Notes under the pieces: generated by a model
Told to the model about the DNA's origin: nothing
The model's database searches: none
The model's input: only the letters and a program-made list of their open reading frames with translations
Program-made: the position numbers and the translations under genes
Source of the DNA: Akkermansiaceae bacterium
Lineage (GTDB): Bacteria > Verrucomicrobiota > Verrucomicrobiia > Verrucomicrobiales > Akkermansiaceae
Reading direction: 5' to 3'
NCBI GenBank assembly: GCA_051251915.1
Contig: JBPOGF010000021.1
Location: 1-64,000, forward strand
DNA: 64,000 nucleotides
Shown: one piece after another, positions 52,575-64,000 of the stretch
Layout: every line of letters starts with the position of its first letter
How positions within the stretch are numbered: position 1 is the first letter of the stretch

Positions 52575-53102
52575 TTAAAGCGCTTCTTCAATAAATTTAT
52601 ATTGCCTATGAAACTTACCCCTATTGTGCATTTTACAACACGCATAACAAGCAGAGTCACCTCGCATTCGCCTCACACGGTCTATGACCTCCAGACAAAC
52701 CGGACAAGTATATCTCCATTTTCTCCTCTGCGTCCGACTAGGCAATGGCAAACTATGCGTCGCTGATTCACCCGGAATCCCCAGATCAGCACAGGCTTGT
52801 TTCCACTCCGCCCCATGAGCAGATATCTTCCGCCCATAGCGATGATGCGCCAATAAATGCGCCAACTCATGCAGCAGCGTCTGCCGAACATGCCCCAGCG
52901 GGTCATCCCCAAGATGAAGGAGTTTCGGATTAAGCTCCACCTTACCTAGATTCAGAAAAGCCCGCCCAGCCGTAGAGCGCATCCGTCTATTCCATACAAT
53001 ACTCACCGAGTTCGCATACTCCTCACCAGCATGCACACTTAAAAGAGAAATGGCACCGTCAACAATTGTGACGATGCCATGATAAATTTCCTCTCTCTCC
53101 AT
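52575..53102 (-). CDS. SprT-like zinc metalloprotease
   Basis: WNRRMRSTAG, HELAH, HGAEW, CxxC pairs. Confidence 0.9.
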   Translation of the reverse strand: MEREEIYHGIVTIVDGAISLLSVHAGEEYANSVSIVWNRRMRSTAGRAFLNLGKVELNPKLLHLGDDPLGHVRQTLLHELAHLLAHHRYGRKISAHGAEWKQACADLGIPGESATHSLPLPSRTQRRKWRYTCPVCLEVIDRVRRMRGDSACYACCKMHNRGKFHRQYKFIEEAL

Positions 53103-53108
53103 GATGCC

Positions 53109-55337
53109 TTACTGAGCAGTGCCAGCTTTCACCACTTTCGCACCTACAGTGAGGTCGATCAAATCATTAAGAATCGCTATCCCCTCGCGTTTTACCGGAT
53201 CCATTCTACTAGGCCACTCAGGAGTGATATCCAAATCTTCCTCCTTGTTTTCCGCCTTCAGCATATATGACTCATCCTCTTCCGTAGGATCAAAGATAGG
53301 AAGTTTCTCCTTAACCAGATCCCTACGCTTCACACTGTAAAATGTGTATCGCTCATTATCCTCTTCTTGCATGATTTTGAAACGCTCAGTTCTATCTTGG
53401 TTACGCTCCTTCAACCGAGCATCTGCCTCGTTTATATCCTTGAGTCGTTCCCCGCGATTTAGGCTCACTGTGTTTTCTTCTATGCGCTGCCTCATCCTAT
53501 CCACATCTTCTTGTAGGTAAATAAAGTCTCTAGAAGCCGATGTCCTCTTCACACTGTTCCCTTTGAGTTCAGGCAAATACAACTTAGAGCGATCCGACGG
53601 CTTAAAGCCAGGTGCCTTTTTAATCACATCATACGGCAAAGCGTAATCCATGTATTTCTCACCTATCTCAATCGCATCTAACATATTCGGCAACACAATA
53701 TCTGACTCCACACCCTTATTCTGTGTAGATGATCCCGCCACACGATAGAATTTTCTGATCGTAGGCTTTAAATAACCTGCTCTCTCTCTTCCCTCAGCAT
53801 TAAATGGCAACATCCGCGCGATGTCCATAATCTGCTGCACTGTTCCCTTTCCGTAAGTAGAGCTAGTGCCTACAATCACAGCACGATTGTAATCCTGTAG
53901 CGCACCCGCAAGAATTTCACTCGCTGATGCAGAAGTAGAATCAATCAGACAAACCATAGGCCCATCATAAATTGCTTCGTCATAAGCCGTCTGCAGAGTA
54001 ATTCTTCCTTGGAAATCTCTTTCCTGCACCACTGGTCCACGCCCAGTGAAGAAACCTGTCATCTTCCTAACTTCATCCAGCGATCCACCACCATTTCCAC
54101 GGAGGTCAAACACAAGTCCCTCAATATTCTCCTGCTTCATTCTAAGAAGAATACTCTTCACATGCTCAGAGCACTTATTACCACCAGTCTGGAAATTAAT
54201 GTAAAACGCAGGTAATGTTAGAAAACCAATCCGACGCGAAGTCCCGTCCGGATTCTTAGTTTCAATGATCTCACCAGAAGCAAAGTCCTCTTTCATTTCA
54301 ACTGATCCCCGCTTGATGACAATCACCTTTTTCTCACCATCTTCTGTTTCTATTTGCAGCCCTACTGATGAACCAACCGGTCCGCGGATCAACTCCACTA
54401 CCTTGTCAATTCTCATGAACATAATGTCCACAATCTCACCGTTATTTAAATGATCCACACCAACGATCCTGTCGTTTAGCGCCAAATCTCCACCCTTAGA
54501 TGCAGGCCCATCCACCACGATACCCGTGATCTTAGTAGCTCCATCATCTTCTCCCTGAAGCAAAGCTCCTATGCCTACAAACTCATTATCCATCCCCGCT
54601 TTAAACGGCCCATACTCACTCGCTGTTAGATAGTCCGTATGAGGGCCATAAGCCTTCGCCGCAGCGCTCAACACATAATCCGCGATACTCTCGTTATTGT
54701 TGTCTAAATCATACTGAAGCATACGCTTGTATTTAAGACGTATAACCTCCTTCACAGGCTTAGCATCCTTAAGTGGATTCTCTTTGCCCTGCTCTACAGC
54801 CAACTTCGCTATGTTATCACGGCGAAGAGTCTCAGAAAGCACAGCCTCCTCCACTAGATTTTCCCAAAGCTCCCCTTGCGCCACACTATCAGCAGCCCAT
54901 TGGAGATCTTTTCTAGAGCGTTTCACTTTACGGTCACTATCAAAGGTGAACTCAGTTTCCTTAAGATGTTTCTGCGCATACGCAATCTTCTCTTTCACTC
55001 GACGAATGTAGAGATCATATACCTGATGAGCGGCATCATTACTCTTCTTGATGAGCAATCTATTGTGCAGATCTTTGCCATATCTAGCCTTCATTGCATT
55101 CACATCCTGTTGAGTGAAATACACCTTCGCCGGATCAAGCTCCTTCATTAAAAGATCAAAAATTCTTGGCCCTAAGACATCATCGCTTAGCTTCTCATAG
55201 TGACGATTCATTAGCATTTTAGCCATCACTCTTCCCACTTCATCATAGTCCACCTTGTTGTCTGGAGCCTGGGCACACGCTGCCCCAGAAAACGTCAGTC
55301 CTAGGAGGGCACCCGTTAAAGATTTTTTGATATTCAT
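53109..55337 (-). CDS. prc: Carboxy-terminal processing (tail-specific) protease, S41A
   Basis: PDZ GIGA, DLRGNGGG, SASASEILAGALQD, GKGTVQ. Confidence 0.93.
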   Translation of the reverse strand: MNIKKSLTGALLGLTFSGAACAQAPDNKVDYDEVGRVMAKMLMNRHYEKLSDDVLGPRIFDLLMKELDPAKVYFTQQDVNAMKARYGKDLHNRLLIKKSNDAAHQVYDLYIRRVKEKIAYAQKHLKETEFTFDSDRKVKRSRKDLQWAADSVAQGELWENLVEEAVLSETLRRDNIAKLAVEQGKENPLKDAKPVKEVIRLKYKRMLQYDLDNNNESIADYVLSAAAKAYGPHTDYLTASEYGPFKAGMDNEFVGIGALLQGEDDGATKITGIVVDGPASKGGDLALNDRIVGVDHLNNGEIVDIMFMRIDKVVELIRGPVGSSVGLQIETEDGEKKVIVIKRGSVEMKEDFASGEIIETKNPDGTSRRIGFLTLPAFYINFQTGGNKCSEHVKSILLRMKQENIEGLVFDLRGNGGGSLDEVRKMTGFFTGRGPVVQERDFQGRITLQTAYDEAIYDGPMVCLIDSTSASASEILAGALQDYNRAVIVGTSSTYGKGTVQQIMDIARMLPFNAEGRERAGYLKPTIRKFYRVAGSSTQNKGVESDIVLPNMLDAIEIGEKYMDYALPYDVIKKAPGFKPSDRSKLYLPELKGNSVKRTSASRDFIYLQEDVDRMRQRIEENTVSLNRGERLKDINEADARLKERNQDRTERFKIMQEEDNERYTFYSVKRRDLVKEKLPIFDPTEEDESYMLKAENKEEDLDITPEWPSRMDPVKREGIAILNDLIDLTVGAKVVKAGTAQ

Positions 55338-55503
55338 AGTTTTAAATTTTTAATTTCACCAATATTTATAATCGGCATTTTAATTCTTTGCAGGAAATAC
55401 TCGCTCAGCGAAATAGCTTTGTCGAACTTTCTTTCCCGACTTTTCCTCTCATTAAGCGTCCACATTCTCTAAAAATGTTTAATTTAAACGAAAAGATACC
55501 TAT

Positions 55504-56121
55504 TTACGGCATCCCCGGCACTGACCCGTATCCCACAAAGGTCGATTTGGAATTCTTACTAGGTAGCTTGAAATCAAAGATCCCGTAGCCATCTCCCTTC
55601 TTACCCCGGTAGCTACGCCCCTTGCTCGCACAAGCCATGATCCGTCTACCATCCGCCTCTCTTCCTAAATAAATCCCCACATGAGAGATATTCACAGTTC
55701 GCCCATCCGTAGGAGTATATGTCCCTGACCAGAACAACAAATCACCCACTCTGAGATACTTAAACGCAGCATCATCCATCGACACCACCTTCTTCCCTAC
55801 CAAATGAATCTTCGAATTATCCCTTATCCAGACAAACTGCTGAGCGGAAGTCCTCGGTGGATTATAGCCACAGCGCTTCAATACATATGACATCGCCCCT
55901 GAGCAGTCGAAACCACCATTTTTGGGGTGCGCACTGCCAAACTTATAAGGCAAATGCTTATACTCCTTCACCACCTGCTTCGCCTGAGAAACCAAGACAC
56001 CTCGCTTGCCCACTACCATCGGATAACTCATCACATTCACCGAGGTCTTCGCAACACAGCAACTCAGCAGGAAACAAAGACCCGCCCATTTCAACAAAGA
56101 ATAATACCGTTTCATCACCAT
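55504..56121 (-). CDS. NlpC/P60 family cell-wall peptidase
   Basis: PYKFG, FDCSG, PRTS, GDLLFW, HVGIYLG. Confidence 0.9.
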   Translation of the reverse strand: MVMKRYYSLLKWAGLCFLLSCCVAKTSVNVMSYPMVVGKRGVLVSQAKQVVKEYKHLPYKFGSAHPKNGGFDCSGAMSYVLKRCGYNPPRTSAQQFVWIRDNSKIHLVGKKVVSMDDAAFKYLRVGDLLFWSGTYTPTDGRTVNISHVGIYLGREADGRRIMACASKGRSYRGKKGDGYGIFDFKLPSKNSKSTFVGYGSVPGMP

Positions 56122-56130
56122 AACCTCAGT

Positions 56131-56844
56131 CTAATCCTCAGGAGTTACTCCCACAATGATATTAAATTCCGCCGTCAACTCCCCTACCTTAGATCCCACA
56201 AGCGGCACAAATTTCACGATCAGCGCCCCTCTATGCTCACCCGCTCGGCGCAACAATCCATCTCGCTCATTCTGCGCCTCACCATCAATATACAACTGCG
56301 TGGTCAACAAATGCTTCCCCTTATGGCTCACCTTCACATGGATATGCGGAGTGCGTCCCGGATATGACACTGGCTTAATTGTCCTAAAATAATACTCCCC
56401 CTTCACCCCAGTAGAAAACCTTCCATATCCCTGGAAGTTTTTGTCACGCTTCCCATTCCTAGGATCTCGCGTGTGGATATATGCCCCAGAGTGATCCACC
56501 TGCCAAATCTCCACCAAAGCATTGCGCAACGGGTTCCCCTTCACATCCGTCACTTTCCCATGCAGATGCGTCACCTCTCCCAACGCTGGCGTGATCACAT
56601 CACTAAGAATCAGCAAATCATTATCCGTATCCAGCGGCATCACATTAGGATAAAACGGCCCCTCGACCTGCTTCGGCGTCAACTCTAACAACTCAGCAAA
56701 CAACCCAGGCGCCGCAAACAAAGCAGCTCCACCTACCACCGAACGACATACAAATTCTCGTCGAGAAATTGCCGTCGAGAGAAGACCACCCTCACTCATT
56801 TCTTTATCATCCATAATAGCAAACTCTAAACCATACTCGCCCAC
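56131..56844 (-). CDS. Tat-exported intradiol ring-cleavage dioxygenase-like protein
   Basis: SRREF Tat motif, EGPFYP, EIWQ, YPGRTPHIH, TTQLY. Confidence 0.88.
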   Translation of the reverse strand: MGEYGLEFAIMDDKEMSEGGLLSTAISRREFVCRSVVGGAALFAAPGLFAELLELTPKQVEGPFYPNVMPLDTDNDLLILSDVITPALGEVTHLHGKVTDVKGNPLRNALVEIWQVDHSGAYIHTRDPRNGKRDKNFQGYGRFSTGVKGEYYFRTIKPVSYPGRTPHIHVKVSHKGKHLLTTQLYIDGEAQNERDGLLRRAGEHRGALIVKFVPLVGSKVGELTAEFNIIVGVTPED

Positions 56845-57102
56845 CCCACAAGTTCAGAAACATCTCCCTCTCTCCAAAATATTTAGCAGGTCGTCACATC
56901 CATCCACCATTACCATGCATCATCATGAATCCATATGTATAGAGACTTTAAGCAATATAATGAATTAAATTCATCCATGTAATTAAATTTAATCATTTTT
57001 AAAACAAACCCCTATTAGAATTAAAAAACTGAATCGCAAAACACTAAAATAGAATCCATTAACTCAAATACTATGCAGTTATGACAGTAGTGGTTAAAGA
57101 AC

Positions 57103-57118
57103 TGGCACAGGCTCTGCT
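57103..57118 (+). promoter_or_regulatory. Sigma54 (-24/-12) promoter of the porin-urt-urease operon
   Basis: TGGCAC-AGGCT-CTGCT with correct GG/GC spacing; AT-rich upstream region; nitrogen-scavenging genes downstream. Confidence 0.7.
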
Positions 57119-57182
57119 GAGTGCAACCTACTACACAGGTCATACGGCCTGATTAAACATACAAACTAAACAACAAGATACT

Positions 57183-57962
57183 ATGAACAAACAATTATTA
57201 ACTGCACTCGGAACTGTAGCCATCACAACTTCTTCTCTTTTTGCAGGAGATTTCGCTACACCTATCGCCCCTGAAACACCAGTAGAATCCAAACTATCAG
57301 GATCTCTATCTCTTGATCTTAATTCACACTTCATCTCTTATGGATTTGACGTTTGGGGTGGAGGCGATTCTTTAACCAGTAAACCAACATTCAACCCTAG
57401 CGTAGGCCTCGACTACGCACTCACTGAAAGCCTCACACTCAGCACAGGTTTCTGGCTAGACGTAAACGGCCACCATGGCGTAAACACGAAGGTTCAAGAG
57501 ACAGATATCTGGATCGGCGCTGCATACACTCAAGGGATAGCTACATACAGTGCTACATACCAAACTTGGCAATACGCAAGCGACTCCGAGATCATCCTAG
57601 ACCTCGGCGTTTCTTTCGACACATTCCTTAGCCCGTCACTCACTGTTCATCACAGACTCAACGAAGGTGCTAGTGGTGGCTTCGATGGAACATTCCTCGT
57701 TCTTGGGGCAGAGCACTCCTTCGACCTTAGCGACAAGTTCTCTATCACTATTCCACTTTCTGTCGGCTTCGCAATCGACGATTTCCACACTACAGAAGAT
57801 GGATACGGATTCGCTTCTATCGGACTCCAAGGCAGCTACGCTCTCTGTGATTCAACATCACTTAACGCAGGTGTCACATTCTACGACACCGATTCAGGTG
57901 TGATTGGTAATCCAGAAGATCAGTTCATTACAGCAAATGTAGGACTTTCATTCAGCTTCTAA
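57183..57962 (+). CDS. Outer-membrane beta-barrel (putative porin) heading the urea operon
   Basis: Signal peptide, beta strands, C-terminal FSF. Confidence 0.75.
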   Translation: MNKQLLTALGTVAITTSSLFAGDFATPIAPETPVESKLSGSLSLDLNSHFISYGFDVWGGGDSLTSKPTFNPSVGLDYALTESLTLSTGFWLDVNGHHGVNTKVQETDIWIGAAYTQGIATYSATYQTWQYASDSEIILDLGVSFDTFLSPSLTVHHRLNEGASGGFDGTFLVLGAEHSFDLSDKFSITIPLSVGFAIDDFHTTEDGYGFASIGLQGSYALCDSTSLNAGVTFYDTDSGVIGNPEDQFITANVGLSFSF

Positions 57963-58038
57963 GTTGACCACGTAATCGTTCATCAAATTACAAATAAAAA
58001 ACAGCTTCACCCTCCCAACTAAATCAAAATTCAATACT

Positions 58039-59292
58039 ATGAAATCAACTATTAAAAAATTAGCCGCTGCAGCTTGCATCACAGGAAGCATGCTTACAGC
58101 ACAGGCAGAAGAAGAAACCGTCAAGGTCGGCGTTCTCCACTCACTCAGTGGCACCATGGCCATTTCAGAAACATCTCTCAGAGATGTTCTCCTTTTCACA
58201 TTCGATGAAATCAACGCTAACGGCGGAGTCCTCGGTAAACAAATCGAACCTGTCGTAGTAGACGGAGCATCTGACTGGCCACTCTTCGCTGAGAAAGCTG
58301 AGCAGCTCATCGTTAAAGACAAAACAGTAGCCACTTTCGGTTGCTGGACATCTGTATCACGTAAATCAGTTCTCCCAGTTTACGAGAAATACAAAAACCT
58401 TCTCTTCTACCCTGTTCAGTATGAAGGAGAGGAAATGTCACCAAACATCTTCTACACCGCAGAAGCCGTAAACCAACAAGCCATCCCTGCAGTAGATTTC
58501 CTTCTCAAAGAAGGTTACAAAAAATTCTACCTCATCGGAACTGACTACGTTTACCCACAAACAACCAACCTCGTTCTCTTTGAATACCTCGCATCAAAAG
58601 GAATCAAAGTAGAGCAAATCGGTGGTGGTCTTCGTAAAAACGATAAAGGGGAAGTTGTCTCAGCAGGTAACTACACTCCATTCGGTCATAGCGATTTCCA
58701 ACAAATCGTCGCCGACATCAAGAAGTTCTCCGCATCTGGTGATGCTTGTGTAATCAGCACCATCAATGGAGATGCTAACGTGCCATTCTTCAAAGAATTC
58801 TCCGCATCTGGCCTCACTTCAGAAGATTGCCCAGTCGTATCATTCTCTATCTCAGAAGATGAATTCCGTTCACTTCCTGCTAAAGACCTCGTAGGTCACC
58901 TCGGTTGCTGGAGCTACTTCATGTCTATCGACTCACCAGAAAACAAAAAGTTCGTAGACAGCTTCCAAGCTTGGCTCAAGACTTCCACTGTTCCTGGAAT
59001 CGTCAAAGAAAACCGCGTAACTTGTGCTCCAATGGCACTCTCATACGACGGCGTTTACCTCTGGAAAGCTGCAGTTGAAAAAGCTGAGAGCTTCGATCCT
59101 GAAAAAGTCATGAAGGCACTTGAAGAAGGCGTCAGCTTCGTAGGACCTAACGGCAAAGTCACTAGCCAGAAAAACCACCACCTCACTAAGGCAGTATACG
59201 TAGGTGAAACACTTGAGAACGGCCAGTTCAGCATCATCGAGTCTATGAAAGACGTTGTTGGTGAGCCGTTCCTTAAAGGTACTTTTAAATAA
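58039..59292 (+). CDS. urtA: Urea ABC transporter substrate-binding protein
   Basis: [36 protein letters not shown]. Confidence 0.94.
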   Translation: MKSTIKKLAAAACITGSMLTAQAEEETVKVGVLHSLSGTMAISETSLRDVLLFTFDEINANGGVLGKQIEPVVVDGASDWPLFAEKAEQLIVKDKTVATFGCWTSVSRKSVLPVYEKYKNLLFYPVQYEGEEMSPNIFYTAEAVNQQAIPAVDFLLKEGYKKFYLIGTDYVYPQTTNLVLFEYLASKGIKVEQIGGGLRKNDKGEVVSAGNYTPFGHSDFQQIVADIKKFSASGDACVISTINGDANVPFFKEFSASGLTSEDCPVVSFSISEDEFRSLPAKDLVGHLGCWSYFMSIDSPENKKFVDSFQAWLKTSTVPGIVKENRVTCAPMALSYDGVYLWKAAVEKAESFDPEKVMKALEEGVSFVGPNGKVTSQKNHHLTKAVYVGETLENGQFSIIESMKDVVGEPFLKGTFK

Positions 59293-59329
59293 GTAACCCT
59301 AGTATTTTAACACGACTTGTTCGTCATCA

Positions 59330-59363
59330 TTGCTCGCTCTCTATTAATACAGAGGGCGAGCAA
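59330..59363 (+). other. Intercistronic stem-loop after urtA (mRNA stabiliser or attenuator)
   Basis: TTGCTCGCTCTCT…AGAGGGCGAGCAA. Confidence 0.6.
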
Positions 59364-59429
59364 CTTCCACACATTATCTATTTTTTCCCAACTCTAGCTC
59401 CCCCCCATAAGCATCTCCCGCAAACTCAC

Positions 59430-61139
59430 TTGCCTCACACTTTTCACATGCATCAAAATCCCGTTAACACACCGAGCACGAGCTACTACAGCTCCACCAC
59501 ACTCACAGTTTTCCGCCAACTATTGGCTACGCTAACCATCCTGATAACCACTTCATTTTATGCATTTGCCTCCACCTCAGAAGATGAGACCAGACAGCTC
59601 CTCGTAGATCTAGTCACCGGTGAGGCAGCCCAACAAGAAGCCACTCTCGAAGCTCTCTCAGAAAAAGGCGAGAAAATCATCGAAACCGTTGTCGAAGCCT
59701 GGAGAGCAGGAAAAATCAGCACCGTCCCACAAGCAGATGGCCAGACACCCATCGTTCTCCTCAAGACAGATGACGATTCCTACAAGAACCTCCTCGACGA
59801 TTCCGCCTACACACCAGATTCAGAACCCAAAATCAACCGCCCATCCCGCGCACTCCGGAAAACCCTCCGCAGAATGGTCACCATCCTCCAACTCAACGCC
59901 CCAGACCTAGAAGACCGCATCGGAGCTGCCGAACGCCTTGGCATGAGCCAAAACCCGGAATATCTAGAAGACCTCAAAGCAAAACTCCCCAACCAAACCG
60001 ACTCCCGCACCAAAGACGCATTCCAAACAGCCATCAGCATCTCTGAACTAGCCAATGGCACAGAAGAAGAAAAACTCGCCGCCGTCAAAACACTCGGCAA
60101 ACTAAAATCCTTCAACTCCAGAGACTTTCTCACCGCTCTTCAAACCGAATACAAAGAAAAAGAAGGCTCAGAAGAAATGCTCACCGCTATCAAGGCTACC
60201 ATCGCCAGAATCGACAGCCACCAAACACTAGTAGACTGGGCAGGCACCCTACTCCGTGGACTCAGCCTCGGCTCCGTCCTCCTCCTAGTATCCTACGGCC
60301 TCGCCATCACCTTCGGACAAATGGGCGTCATCAACATGGCTCACGGCGAATTCATCGCCATCGGCGGATACACCACCTACTTCATCCAGAACCTCTTCGC
60401 CTCACAATTCGGCGCATCCAGCTCAGCATTCGGTTGGTATTTTATAGTAGCTCTCCCCTGCGCATTCCTCGTCGCAGCCATCGCCGGCGCCATCCTTGAA
60501 AAAGGCCTAATCCAGTTCCTCTACACCCGCCCACTAGAATCACTCCTCGCCACCTGGGGAGTCTCCATGGTCCTCCAGCAACTCTTCAGAATCTACTTCG
60601 GATCAGCAAATGTCTCCGTCTCATCACCTGAATGGCTCTCAGGTAGCTACCACCTCGCAGGTGTCTCCATGTCCTACAACAGACTCCTACTCATCGCCTG
60701 CGCCATCATCCTCATCTTCGTCACCTGGCTCCTCATGAACAAAACCAACTGGGGACTCCACGTCCGCGCCACCATGCAAAACCGCCAAATGGCAAGCAAC
60801 CTCGGCGTCCCATCAGGGAGAGTAAACATGCTCACATTCGCATTCGGATCAGGACTTGCTGGACTCGCCGGCGCATTCATCTCACAGATCGGAAATGTCG
60901 GCCCCCTCATGGGCAGCACCTACATCGTAGACAGCTTCATGGTCGTCGTAGCCGGCGGAGTCGGAAACCTCTTCGGAACCGCCATCTCAGCACTAGGCAT
61001 CGGAGTCATCGATCAGTCACTACAGCCCATCTTCGGCCCAGTCATGGGTAAAATATCCGTCCTATTCGGAATCATCATCTTCCTTCAGTTCAAGCCCGGA
61101 GGCCTCTTCCCATCTCGCTCACGCAGCCTAGATGATTAA
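59430..61139 (+). CDS. urtB: Urea ABC transporter permease UrtB (with N-terminal HEAT-like domain)
   Basis: [40 protein letters not shown]. Confidence 0.93.
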   Translation: MPHTFHMHQNPVNTPSTSYYSSTTLTVFRQLLATLTILITTSFYAFASTSEDETRQLLVDLVTGEAAQQEATLEALSEKGEKIIETVVEAWRAGKISTVPQADGQTPIVLLKTDDDSYKNLLDDSAYTPDSEPKINRPSRALRKTLRRMVTILQLNAPDLEDRIGAAERLGMSQNPEYLEDLKAKLPNQTDSRTKDAFQTAISISELANGTEEEKLAAVKTLGKLKSFNSRDFLTALQTEYKEKEGSEEMLTAIKATIARIDSHQTLVDWAGTLLRGLSLGSVLLLVSYGLAITFGQMGVINMAHGEFIAIGGYTTYFIQNLFASQFGASSSAFGWYFIVALPCAFLVAAIAGAILEKGLIQFLYTRPLESLLATWGVSMVLQQLFRIYFGSANVSVSSPEWLSGSYHLAGVSMSYNRLLLIACAIILIFVTWLLMNKTNWGLHVRATMQNRQMASNLGVPSGRVNMLTFAFGSGLAGLAGAFISQIGNVGPLMGSTYIVDSFMVVVAGGVGNLFGTAISALGIGVIDQSLQPIFGPVMGKISVLFGIIIFLQFKPGGLFPSRSRSLDD

Positions 61140-61195
61140 CCCCACTCCCCCCGCAGCTAAGACCACTCACATCACACATTTCAACATACCCAATC

Positions 61196-62344
61196 ATGTT
61201 CAACAACCTACCAGCCACACTCAAGGATAAATCTGACCTCTCATTCTACGGAATACTATTTACCTTCATGTCCATCCTCCTCCTAGGAAATGCCCTCGGA
61301 GCAGAAGGCTCACTATTCCACTTCACCAGCTTCACACTCAGTGTCTGGGGGAAATACCTCTGCTACGCAGTACTCGCCATCAGTCTCAACATGCTCTGGG
61401 GATACACCGGACTCCTCTGCCTCGGCCAGTGCCTGTTCTTCGCCGTCGGAGGCTACGCCTTCGGCATGTATCTCATGCTCATGATCGGCGTAGACCCCAC
61501 CTACAACACCGCCCTACCAGACTTCATGGACTTCATGGGAAAAACTGAACTACCCGCATTCTGGCAGCCCTTCCACAACCCCGTCTTCGCCTTCCTCGCA
61601 GCCATGATCGTCCCCGGACTCATCGGCTTCATCTTCGGATTACTCGCCTTCAGATCTCGCATCAAAGGAGTCTACTTCTCCATCCTTACCCAAGCCCTCA
61701 CCTACGCAGCTGCCCTCCTCTTCTTCAGAAATGAATTCGGCTTCGGAGGCAACAACGGCTTCACCAACTTCAAATACATCCTCGGAGCAGACATCAGAAC
61801 AGAAGCTACTGCTCGCTGGCTATTTGTCGCCTCCACCGTCTTACTAGCATCCGTCTACTGGCTCATCTCATGGCTACTTAAAACCAAATTTGGTAAAGTC
61901 CAACAAGCCATCAGAGACTCAGAAAACCGCGTCCGTTTCTCCGGCTACTCCACCACTCATTTTAAAGTCTTCATCTTCGTCATCAGCGCCGTAATCGCCG
62001 GTGCAGCTGGTGCCCTCTACGTCCCACAGGCAGGTATCATCAACCCTAATGAAATGTGGCCTACCAAAGGTCTAGACATCGTAGTCTGGGTCGCCGTCGG
62101 TGGTCGAGGAACCAAGATCGGACCTGTCATCGGAGCGCTCGTTGTCAACTTCCTCAAAAGCTGGGCAACCCAAGAATACCCAGAATCCTGGCTCATCATC
62201 CTAGGCGCCATCTTCATCCTCGTCGTCCTATTCATGCCAGACGGAATCGTCGGAGTCTGGAATAAAGCAAAAGCCCGCTTTGCTAAACCTTCCAACACTG
62301 ACAACACTCCAACCATCGAAGACACACAAAAAGAAGTCGCTTAA
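61196..62344 (+). CDS. urtC: Urea ABC transporter permease UrtC
   Basis: [37 protein letters not shown]. Confidence 0.93.
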   Translation: MFNNLPATLKDKSDLSFYGILFTFMSILLLGNALGAEGSLFHFTSFTLSVWGKYLCYAVLAISLNMLWGYTGLLCLGQCLFFAVGGYAFGMYLMLMIGVDPTYNTALPDFMDFMGKTELPAFWQPFHNPVFAFLAAMIVPGLIGFIFGLLAFRSRIKGVYFSILTQALTYAAALLFFRNEFGFGGNNGFTNFKYILGADIRTEATARWLFVASTVLLASVYWLISWLLKTKFGKVQQAIRDSENRVRFSGYSTTHFKVFIFVISAVIAGAAGALYVPQAGIINPNEMWPTKGLDIVVWVAVGGRGTKIGPVIGALVVNFLKSWATQEYPESWLIILGAIFILVVLFMPDGIVGVWNKAKARFAKPSNTDNTPTIEDTQKEVA

Positions 62345-62371
62345 ACCCTAGCTCTAACACTTTCTAACAAC

Positions 62372-63160
62372 ATGTCACATTCTCCACTCTACCGCGACAC
62401 CGACCTCGTCCTCTCCATTGAAGGCGTCACCAAGTCATTCGATGGATTCAAAGCCATCAACGACCTCAACTTCTACCTAGCAGAAGGCGAGCTAAGAACC
62501 ATCATCGGCCCAAACGGCGCAGGCAAAAGCACCTTCATGGACCTCATCACCGGCAGAACTCGCCCAGACGAAGGCAGACTCACCTACCACAGAAACGACG
62601 GCCACGATCGTGACCTCACCAAACTCAGAGAATACGAAATCAACCGTCTAGGAATCTCCAGAAAATTCCAAACCCCATCCGTCTACACCGAGCACACCCT
62701 CTACGACAACCTACTCCTCTCACTCAACCTCAACCGCGGCGTCCTCAAAACACTCTTCTACAAAGAAAGCAAAGCTGACCGCCAAAAAATCGAAGAAACT
62801 CTAGAGCTCATCAAACTCAAAGACAGCCGCTACGAAAAAGCCGGTAGCCTATCACATGGCCAAAAACAATGGCTAGAAATCGGCATGCTCCTCATCCAGG
62901 AACCCCAAATACTCCTCGTAGACGAACCCGCCGCTGGCATGAGCGATGAAGAAACCGAGCGCACTGGAGAACTCCTCCTAGGCCTCGCCGGCAAGCACAG
63001 CATCATGGTCATCGAACACGACATGGTATTCATCCGCCAGATCGCCACCCAGATCACCGTCCTCCACCAAGGCCACGTCCTCAAAGAAGGTAACTTCTCC
63101 GAAGTCGCCAACGACCCAAAAGTCAAAGAAGTCTACCTCGGCAGAGCCAAACACGATTAA
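62372..63160 (+). CDS. urtD: Urea ABC transporter ATP-binding protein UrtD
   Basis: SFDGFKA, GPNGAGKS, LSHGQKQWLEIGM. Confidence 0.94.
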   Translation: MSHSPLYRDTDLVLSIEGVTKSFDGFKAINDLNFYLAEGELRTIIGPNGAGKSTFMDLITGRTRPDEGRLTYHRNDGHDRDLTKLREYEINRLGISRKFQTPSVYTEHTLYDNLLLSLNLNRGVLKTLFYKESKADRQKIEETLELIKLKDSRYEKAGSLSHGQKQWLEIGMLLIQEPQILLVDEPAAGMSDEETERTGELLLGLAGKHSIMVIEHDMVFIRQIATQITVLHQGHVLKEGNFSEVANDPKVKEVYLGRAKHD

Positions 63161-63181
63161 CCCTATACCCATACAATTTCT

Positions 63182-63904
63182 ATGAGCACCACAACCGCAA
63201 CCGAGCCCATGTTAGAGCTTACCGACCTCAACGTAGCATACGGCCAATCCCTCATCCTCCGTGACGTCAACATGACCATCCCAAAAGACAGCGTAGTCTG
63301 CCTACTAGGTCGCAACGGAGTCGGTAAAACCACCACCCTCAGAGGCATCATGGACGTCGCCAACACCCAGTCCGGCAACATCAAAATGCGCGGCGAATCC
63401 ATCAACTCACTAGGCACAGAAAAACGCGCCCGCAACGGCATCGGCTACGTCCCCCAAGGAAGAGACATCTTCTCAAATTTAACAGTCTGGGAAAATCTCA
63501 AAGTCAGCATCTCCATCAAAGGCAAAGAAGCCCTCGAACGCCTAGACGAAGTCTACACACTCTTCCCCGTCCTCAAAGACATGAAGAACCGCAAAGGCGG
63601 AGTCCTATCAGGTGGCCAGCAGCAACAACTCGCCATCGGCAGAGCACTCCTCACCAAACCAGACCTTCTTCTGTTAGATGAACCCACAGAAGGCATACAG
63701 CCCTCCATCATCGACCAGATCGGAGACGCCATCAAGTATCTCAAAAAGACCCACAACATGAGCATCCTTTTAGTCGAACAATATCTCGACTTTGCCCGTG
63801 ATGTTTCAGATTATTTCTATATCATGGAACGTGGATCAATCGTTAAAAACGGTCCCACAAGCGAACTTTCAGACGAAATCATCACTCAATACCTTTCGGT
63901 TTAA
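63182..63904 (+). CDS. urtE: Urea ABC transporter ATP-binding protein UrtE
   Basis: GRNGVGKTT, LSGGQQQQLAI, DEPTEGIQPSI. Confidence 0.94.
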   Translation: MSTTTATEPMLELTDLNVAYGQSLILRDVNMTIPKDSVVCLLGRNGVGKTTTLRGIMDVANTQSGNIKMRGESINSLGTEKRARNGIGYVPQGRDIFSNLTVWENLKVSISIKGKEALERLDEVYTLFPVLKDMKNRKGGVLSGGQQQQLAIGRALLTKPDLLLLDEPTEGIQPSIIDQIGDAIKYLKKTHNMSILLVEQYLDFARDVSDYFYIMERGSIVKNGPTSELSDEIITQYLSV

Positions 63905-63974
63905 CCGGAAGAAATCACACTCTAACAAACCAACCAGCACCGTCGGAATCCTCCGAGGGTGCACTTTCATCATT

Positions 63975-64000
63975 ATGCATCTCACACCCAGGGAAAAAGA
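63975..64000 (+). CDS. ureA: Start of urease gamma subunit (MHLTPREK…), truncated by the window edge
   Basis: Characteristic UreA N-terminus directly after urtE. Confidence 0.75.

Noticed and set aside
1..64000. CRISPR array, tRNA or rRNA genes
   Set aside because: No repeat-spacer periodicity or tRNA/rRNA signatures seen in any intergenic region

Overview
Bacterial chromosomal window, most likely from a Verrucomicrobium (Rubritalea/Akkermansiaceae-like). The evidence is a Verru_Chthon-type pilin cassette, tandem Verrucomicrobia-type LexA boxes (TGTTC-N4-GAACA) upstream of recA, and an ECF sigma/Ser-Thr kinase pair. Most of the window is core or accessory metabolism: cinA, sbcDC, recA, mgtE, topB, pyrE, hisI, pheS, prc, a sigma54-driven urtABCDE-urease operon, and an orphan catabolic operon (TIM-barrel + Tm-1-like + LsrE + SDR + LsrF). 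The most striking part is 355-4454, an AT-rich three-gene module encoding a SLATT membrane protein, a UG/Abi-type reverse transcriptase (YMDD) and a divergent stand-alone family A DNA polymerase. The module is appended directly to a YqiJ-flotillin-giant AAA ATPase operon and is bracketed by a diverged duplicate of that ATPase gene's 3' end. It is a candidate RT+PolA+SLATT anti-phage system. The same operon is interrupted by a GxxExxY gene enclosed in 29-bp inverted repeats. All calls rest on reading motifs by eye; no database searches were run.
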